Assembly: GCA_964615725.1 (NCBI GenBank) | Contig: CAZTPW010000002.1 | Coordinates: forward strand, 5,656 to 69,655 | Direction of reading: 5' to 3' | DNA length: 64,000 nucleotides | Source: an uncultured Candidatus Saccharibacteria bacterium | GTDB taxonomy: Bacteria > Patescibacteriota > Minisyncoccia > Phycocordibacterales > CAZTPW01 | Program-made: the position numbers and the translations under genes | Shown: positions 58,164-64,000 of the stretch, in pieces | Layout of the letters: each line of letters starts with the position of its first letter | How positions within the stretch are numbered: position 1 is the first letter of the stretch | Notes under the pieces: model-generated | Seen by the model: only the letters and a program-made list of their open reading frames with translations | Told to the model about the DNA's origin: nothing | Databases searched by the model: none

Positions 58164-60509
58164 ATGACCAAAAAAACAAAAAAAGAGGGTTCTGAGCAGA
58201 AAATTTCAGCAAAAAAAGAGAGACCAGCAAAAGCTTCAACGCTTATCAAGCAGGTAAAGAAGAGAGATGGACGCCTTGTGGCGTTTGATTTTTCTCGAAT
58301 TACCGGGGCGATCCATAAAGCAATGATGGATGCTCAGGAAGGCTCACTCCAAGAGGCGGAGCTTGTTGCTTATAAGGTCTTGGCTGACTTGGTAAAAATT
58401 GCCAAGAACCATAAAGACTTTGTTCCGCAGGTGGAGGGCATTCAGGACATGGTCGAGTATCAGCTGATGATGAGTGAGTACTTGAAGACAGCAAAAGCAT
58501 TCATCCTTTTCCGACAGGAGCGAGCGAAACTTCGTGAAAAAGGTATCCAGGTGCCAGAGCATGTCAAAAAACTTGCAGCAGAAAGTAAGAAAAGCTTTCG
58601 AAATGCACTCGGTGAATTTATTTACTACCGAACCTATTCGCGATGGATTGATGCAGAGGGTCGCCGAGAGACATGGGTGGAGACCGTCGATCGCTACATG
58701 GCGTTCATGAAAGAAAATCTCGGAGACAAACTCAAAGCCTCTGAATACAAAGAAGTCCGCGATGCAATTTTCAAACAAGAAGCGATGCCCTCAATGCGCC
58801 TTCTCCAGTTTGCTGGCCCAGCGGCACGAAAGAGTAATGTAACTGCCTACAACTGCTCATTCATTGCACCGTCGTGCTTCCAAGATTTTGCCGAAATCAT
58901 GGTGCTCTCAATGTCGGGTGCTGGTGTTGGTTTCTCAGCTGAGTCAAAAAATATTCAGCAACTTCCTATCATTGCTGAGCAGACAGGTGAGCGGGTAAAG
59001 TATGTTATCGAAGACAGTCGTGAAGGATGGGCCGATTCACTCTCATTTGGTATGAAAGCTTGGTACGAAGGAAAGGATGTTGATTTTGACTACTCACAGC
59101 TCCGACCTGCTGGAGCCCGTCTCAAGACAATGGGCGGCAAAAGCTCAGGTCCTGCGCCTCTCATGGATATTCACCAGTTTACTCGAGCAAAAATTCTCTC
59201 ACGACAAGGTCGTCGTCTATCCAACCTCGACGCTCACGACATCATCTGCAAAATTGGTGAAGGTGTCGTTTCTGGAGGAGTTCGACGTACAGCGCTCATT
59301 TCATTGTCCGATCTCTACGACGAAGCAATTCGAGATTCAAAGAAGGGTCAGTTTTATATGAGTGAGCCGCAGCGTTCTCTCGCAAACAACTCAGCGGTCT
59401 ACAACACCAAACCATCAAATGCTGAGTTTATGCGCGAGTGGCTCTCTCTTATGGAGTCAGGTTCAGGTGAACGAGGAATCTTCAACCGAGGTGGCCTCAA
59501 GACCACGATGCCAGAGCGACGAATTGCTCTTTCTACAAAACAGTGGGACAAGTTTGGAGTGAATCCTTGCGGAGAAATTATTTTGCGCTCAAAGCAGTTC
59601 TGTAACCTCACAGAAGTTGTGGCGCGATACGAAGACACCGTTGAGTCTCTCAAGCGCAAGATTCGTGTTGCTACCATTATTGGTACCTACCAATCATCAC
59701 TCACTGATTTCCCATATCTTTCACCAGAATGGAAGAAGAACTGCGAAGAGGAGCGACTCCTCGGTGTGTCAGTGACAGGTCAGTGGGATTGTCCGGCATT
59801 TCGTAAGCCTGAGGTGATGAAAGAACTCAAGGAAGAGGCGATTCGCGTAAACAAAATCTTTGCAAAGCGATTCGGCATCAATGAATCAGCATCGATCACC
59901 TGTGTGAAGCCTTCAGGAAATCTTTCTCAGACTGTAGACTGTTCTTCTGGGGTGCACACACGATTTGCGCCGTACTATATCCGACGAGTGCGAATCTCTG
60001 CGACGGACTCACTTTTCAAGATGCTCAAGGAGCAGGGCATTCAGTATCACCCAGAAGTTGGCCAGACTATGGAAAACGCTACGACCTATGTCATTGACTT
60101 CCCAGTCAGAGCACCAAAGGGTTCTATCTTCCGCGATCACCAAAATGCAATTCAGCAGCTCGAATACTGGAAGATGGTCAAGGAAAATTTCACCGAGCAC
60201 AATCCATCAACGACCGTCTACATCAAGGAACACGAATGGATTGAGGTGGGGAACTGGGTCTATCAGAATTGGGAAATTGTCGGCGGTCTCTCATTCCTTC
60301 CACATAGTGAGCATGTCTATCGACTCGCTCCTTACGAAGAAATTACCGAAGATCAGTTCAATCAACTCTCAAAGCGTTATGCTCACATCGACTTCTCAAA
60401 GATTGTGACCTACGAGCGAGCCGATGAGACAGAAGTGAAGAAAGAATTGGCGTGTGCTGGCGGAGTCTGCGAAATCGAAGCGGTGCCGGTAGAGTCAAAG
60501 AAAGCCTAA
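58164..60509 (+). CDS. nrdJ: class II (adenosylcobalamin-dependent) ribonucleotide reductase with N-terminal ATP-cone
   Basis: VKKRDG ATP-cone; RTYSR, NC.F, GGVRR.A, NPCGEI, CVKPSG, C-terminal CAGGVC. Confidence 0.92.
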   Translation: MTKKTKKEGSEQKISAKKERPAKASTLIKQVKKRDGRLVAFDFSRITGAIHKAMMDAQEGSLQEAELVAYKVLADLVKIAKNHKDFVPQVEGIQDMVEYQLMMSEYLKTAKAFILFRQERAKLREKGIQVPEHVKKLAAESKKSFRNALGEFIYYRTYSRWIDAEGRRETWVETVDRYMAFMKENLGDKLKASEYKEVRDAIFKQEAMPSMRLLQFAGPAARKSNVTAYNCSFIAPSCFQDFAEIMVLSMSGAGVGFSAESKNIQQLPIIAEQTGERVKYVIEDSREGWADSLSFGMKAWYEGKDVDFDYSQLRPAGARLKTMGGKSSGPAPLMDIHQFTRAKILSRQGRRLSNLDAHDIICKIGEGVVSGGVRRTALISLSDLYDEAIRDSKKGQFYMSEPQRSLANNSAVYNTKPSNAEFMREWLSLMESGSGERGIFNRGGLKTTMPERRIALSTKQWDKFGVNPCGEIILRSKQFCNLTEVVARYEDTVESLKRKIRVATIIGTYQSSLTDFPYLSPEWKKNCEEERLLGVSVTGQWDCPAFRKPEVMKELKEEAIRVNKIFAKRFGINESASITCVKPSGNLSQTVDCSSGVHTRFAPYYIRRVRISATDSLFKMLKEQGIQYHPEVGQTMENATTYVIDFPVRAPKGSIFRDHQNAIQQLEYWKMVKENFTEHNPSTTVYIKEHEWIEVGNWVYQNWEIVGGLSFLPHSEHVYRLAPYEEITEDQFNQLSKRYAHIDFSKIVTYERADETEVKKELACAGGVCEIEAVPVESKKA

Positions 60510-60536
60510 GTCAAAATTAAAACAGGATTATTATAG

Positions 60537-60568
60537 AAAAAAGTGCGCCGAGAATTCGGCGCACTTTT
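60537..60568. terminator. bidirectional intrinsic terminator
   Basis: aaaagtgcgccga-gaat-tcggcgcactttt. Confidence 0.85.
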
Positions 60569-60588
60569 GCGGCAATGAGAGTTTGTGC

Positions 60589-60798
60589 TCAGGGGAGATC
60601 TGTATCGTAGGGACCCAAGTCAATTCTAGCAGCGTTCTTTCGGTCTCGGTGTTGTATATGAGACCCCCACACAAAAATTGAGACAATAAGTAGTGCCAAC
60701 ATCACAAACACTGCCTTGCTGTTCTGGACTATTGCTGCGAAAAGCATGAAGGTGCCAAAAAGTGCAAAGAGGATGATGAAGCAAAAATCAAATAGCAT
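60589..60798 (-). CDS. small two-TM membrane protein
   Basis: 69 aa, two hydrophobic helices. Confidence 0.55.
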   Translation of the reverse strand: MLFDFCFIILFALFGTFMLFAAIVQNSKAVFVMLALLIVSIFVWGSHIQHRDRKNAARIDLGPYDTDLP

Positions 60799-60848
60799 AA
60801 ACGTAACCTTTCAATTCCAATTGAATACTATTTATAGATTTTTGTAAA

Positions 60849-60879
60849 GAAAATCCCCGCGTTTGAAGCGGGGATTTTC
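60849..60879 (-). terminator. terminator after rnpB
   Basis: gaaaatccccgc-gtttgaa-gcggggattttc. Confidence 0.8.
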
Positions 60880-60884
60880 ATATG

Positions 60885-61213
60885 CTTTGTATCTATAAGC
60901 CGAATTTTGTACTCGCAAAAGCGATGATCATTTATCTGGGCCAGCCGTTACCGTCTGGCTCAAGCGGCACTCTTCATCACCGAAGCGATGAAGCACGACC
61001 TTGCACGTGGGTAAGAATTTAGCCGTTGCACCCTCCGTATTGCTACGAAGACTCGTCTCTGTTCGCATCTCTTGGATTGCTCCAGACGGGCGTTACCCGC
61101 TACCTTGCTGATTCTGTGTTGCCACAGAGTTCACGTGTTCGGACTTTCCTCACGAAAGATAGGGAACTCGCTTGGGGCAAGCTATGTCTCACGCGCGATC
61201 ATCCAATACAAAG
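60885..61213 (-). ncRNA. rnpB: RNase P RNA
   Basis: Minus strand has GAGGAAAGTCCGAAC and ACAAAATTCGGCTTAT; P1 closing ctttgtat/atacaaag. Confidence 0.95.
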
Positions 61214-61357
61214 ACCCTACTATTATATCACGAATATTGCTAGTATGCAAACGTGAGGGAAGTGCCGTTACCCACAAGGACTTATTCGTTGATGGAATAT
61301 GCCTATTTCTATATAATAAAGCCACTTAGTAGAGTATAGAGCGATAGCACATTAATC

Positions 61358-63691
61358 ATGAACACCATCGTAACAACCCGGCTTTTCAAAGTTTTCCTTT
61401 TATTCATCTTCCTTCTTCCAATTTTCATCATTCCTCAGAGTTCATTCTTTGTTGCGAAGGGTGTCTACAGTCTTCTTGGTGGAGGTATCCTCGCGAGTTT
61501 GTGGCTTTTTGAAAAGTGGAAAAAGCCAGTTTTTGAGATTCCAAAAAACATTTCATTCTGGCTTCTTTGGATCATTCCTGTTTTTGCTGCGTTTGCGTCG
61601 CTCGTACAAAAGACAGGTACGCTCGGTTTTTTTGGTCAGAGTTTCGAGCCTGGTACTGTGATCGCTCTTTTCCTCGGTGCGTGTATCGCAAGCGTTACGC
61701 TCGCACTTCTCAAAACACGTCAAAATATCGCAACCCTCTACTTCGTGGTGCTCGGTTCTTCGCTCGCTATCGCACTCTTCCAACTCGTCAAGATTCTCCT
61801 TGGCACTCATATGCCAACCTTCGGTATTCTTTCAGGTAATGCAGCCAATCTCCTTGGTAAGATCAATGAATTCTCAATCTTCTTCGGTCTTGCAACCATT
61901 ATTTCAATGCTCGTTTTCTCACTCCTTCCGCTTCGTAAGGGGCAGAAAATTCTCACGAGCATTTTCCTCGGCGTTTCGCTCATCTTCCTCGCTTGGGCAA
62001 ATTTTGCCTATGTAACTATTGCAGTCGGAGTTTTTGCAATTGTTTCAGCGGTCATTACTTACATGAAGACAAAGAAGATCTCGTACCCATCGCTCACTGT
62101 GGTGGTGGTGTCGATTCTTATTTTCTTCTTTGGTGCCACAGTTTTTGGATACCTAGGTACAAAAGTATCTGATCGCTTTATCGTATCGCAGGTTGAGATC
62201 TCTCCAACGATGCTCCAGACACTTTCGATTGGTTGGAACGTTGCAAAGAGTCATCCTCTCACTGGAGCCGGTGCAAATAGCTTCACCAACGCATGGCTTA
62301 TGCATAAGCCTGATTCAATCAATCTTGACCCACTCTGGTATCTCGATTTCGGATTTGGGAAAGGTCTTATTCCGACATACCTCACAACATTTGGACCAAT
62401 CGGTTTTCTTCTCGCAATTCTTCTCCTCGTTTCTCTAGCCCTCCTTGCCATCAAGGCACTTCGTCTCAAAGAGCTTGATGCAACCGCTCGCTTTATGGTT
62501 CTTGCTTCGGTGGTGACTGCTGTATACCTCTGGCTCTTCCATGTGATTTATGTGCCTACTCACGTACTCTTTATCCTCACCTTTGTCTTTACTGGTGTAT
62601 TATTTGCAACGCTCAAGCAACACAATCTTCTCTCAATCAAGACCATCGATCTAACAGGTGCACCCTCAGGTGAGGGGGTTGCTAAAAAATACTGGCCGAT
62701 CGGTTTGGTTGGCTGTGTTGTGCTGATCCTGACCCTTCTCATTACGTGGGCAGGAATTTCACGTGTTTCGGCAAGTTATTATTATCAAGCAGCACTCGCA
62801 CAGACCCCAAATACCGAAGGTGTTGTAAAAGCCGAGACTTACCTCAGAAAGGCAATAGCAAAGTATCCAAGCGATGATTATTTCCGTGCCCTTACCCAGA
62901 TTGACCTCGCAAAGATTTCTACTCTCGTTGAAACAGCAACTGCTCAAAAGAAAAAGAATGAAGAAATCGTTCCTATTATCAAACCAATTGTTGATGATGC
63001 AGTCTTGAATGCAAACAGTGCTATCTTTCAGAATCCAAAAAATTACCTGAACTATCTCAATATCGCTCAAGTCTATTCACTTGCTCTTTCTCCAGAAAAT
63101 AAAGAGGCATATGCCCAGACGCTCGATGCATATCAGAAGGCACTCGCAATCAACCCAAAAAACCCTTCAATTGTTTTCTCAATCGCTCAGCTCGATGCTT
63201 CAATGGGTGACGCTGCAAAGACAAAAGCCAACATTATCGAAGCTATTCGTCTCAAACCAAACTACTCTGAGGCTGTCTATGCTCTCTACCAGATTCAGGC
63301 TTCGGAAAATGATTCAAATGGAATGTTGAATTCCCTCGTGGCACTCGCTCTCATCAACCCTGGCGACCCAACAATTCACTTCCAGCTCGGGTATCTCCTT
63401 TACACCCTCAAGGATGACAAAAATGCCTCTCGAGCGTTTTCTGAGGCGATAAAGATTGATCCATCATACTCAAATGCTCGCTACTTCCTCGCTATTCTTC
63501 TCGCGCGAAATGGCAGCAAAGAAGAGGCGCTCAATCAGTTGAGTATTATTAAATCTCTCAACCCAGACAACAAGGAAATTGACTCGATGATTGCAAACAT
63601 CAAAGCCGGGCATGATCCACTCAACAAAGTCAAAGAACCAGCAAAGCCACCAGTACAAACTCCTAAAGCTCCAGTAAAGAAAAGGAAATAA
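61358..63691 (+). CDS. polytopic membrane protein (O-antigen-ligase-like) with C-terminal TPRs
   Basis: More than 10 TMs, P.TG.G..F loop, repeated A…NP TPR ends. Confidence 0.8.
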   Translation: MNTIVTTRLFKVFLLFIFLLPIFIIPQSSFFVAKGVYSLLGGGILASLWLFEKWKKPVFEIPKNISFWLLWIIPVFAAFASLVQKTGTLGFFGQSFEPGTVIALFLGACIASVTLALLKTRQNIATLYFVVLGSSLAIALFQLVKILLGTHMPTFGILSGNAANLLGKINEFSIFFGLATIISMLVFSLLPLRKGQKILTSIFLGVSLIFLAWANFAYVTIAVGVFAIVSAVITYMKTKKISYPSLTVVVVSILIFFFGATVFGYLGTKVSDRFIVSQVEISPTMLQTLSIGWNVAKSHPLTGAGANSFTNAWLMHKPDSINLDPLWYLDFGFGKGLIPTYLTTFGPIGFLLAILLLVSLALLAIKALRLKELDATARFMVLASVVTAVYLWLFHVIYVPTHVLFILTFVFTGVLFATLKQHNLLSIKTIDLTGAPSGEGVAKKYWPIGLVGCVVLILTLLITWAGISRVSASYYYQAALAQTPNTEGVVKAETYLRKAIAKYPSDDYFRALTQIDLAKISTLVETATAQKKKNEEIVPIIKPIVDDAVLNANSAIFQNPKNYLNYLNIAQVYSLALSPENKEAYAQTLDAYQKALAINPKNPSIVFSIAQLDASMGDAAKTKANIIEAIRLKPNYSEAVYALYQIQASENDSNGMLNSLVALALINPGDPTIHFQLGYLLYTLKDDKNASRAFSEAIKIDPSYSNARYFLAILLARNGSKEEALNQLSIIKSLNPDNKEIDSMIANIKAGHDPLNKVKEPAKPPVQTPKAPVKKRK

Positions 63692-63706
63692 TACCGCCGG
63701 GTATAT

Positions 63707-64000
63707 ATGGTAAAGAGCATACTGCGATACTTCAATAAAGAGATAAACGGCCTCCACGAGGCCGCATATCTTTTGGCAATCTTTGCCTTTTTGTCGCAGG
63801 TGTTGGCGCTGGTGCGTGAGAAGCTTCTCGCATATACGTTTGGTGCTACTCATGCACTCGATCTTTACAATGCATCGTTTCGCGTACCAGACATTGTGTT
63901 TGTATCGATTGCCTCGCTTGTTTCTGTTTCGGTTCTTGTGCCATTTTTGACGGAAAAACTTGAGCAGGGGAAAGATGAAACAAAACGTTTTGTGAATGGA
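63707..64000 (+). CDS. murJ: lipid II flippase MurJ (partial, runs off the window)
   Basis: MVKSIL…AAYLL…SQVLALVREKLLAYTFGA…D.YNASFRVPD. Confidence 0.88.
   Translation, partial: MVKSILRYFNKEINGLHEAAYLLAIFAFLSQVLALVREKLLAYTFGATHALDLYNASFRVPDIVFVSIASLVSVSVLVPFLTEKLEQGKDETKRFVNG

Noticed and set aside
61026-61329. ORFs of 76 and 85 aa
   Set aside because: Antisense to RNase P RNA.

Overview
Chromosomal window from a small-genome, monoderm bacterium, most likely Patescibacteria/CPR (Parcubacteria-like). This placement is inferred from a complete PilQ-less type IV pilus locus, a shortened RF2, class II RNR, tRNAs mostly lacking encoded CCA, and pervasive leaderless starts. Housekeeping genes include recG, ligA, gatCA, prfB, ftsEX, pyrG, rnj, secG, lemA, nrdJ, murJ (partial) and RNase P RNA. 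There are 8 tRNAs, including a rare tRNA-Ile(UAU). Clusters of small accessory genes (GNAT, VOC, methyltransferases, HEPN-like, SET, DUF1801) lie directly downstream of tRNAs. Most notable: (1) a family of structured palindromic elements behind tRNA-Ser, tRNA-Gln and tRNA-Ile and beside the secG promoter, each with a shared core bracketed by inverted and direct copies of the host sequence; (2) an unannotated ~360-nt highly structured RNA candidate upstream of prfB and a ~90-nt sRNA candidate; (3) two secreted proteins with outer-membrane beta-signal C-termini in an apparently monoderm cell; (4) a leader-peptide attenuator in front of an MFS transporter. All calls come from reading the sequence and ORF track by eye; no database search was run.
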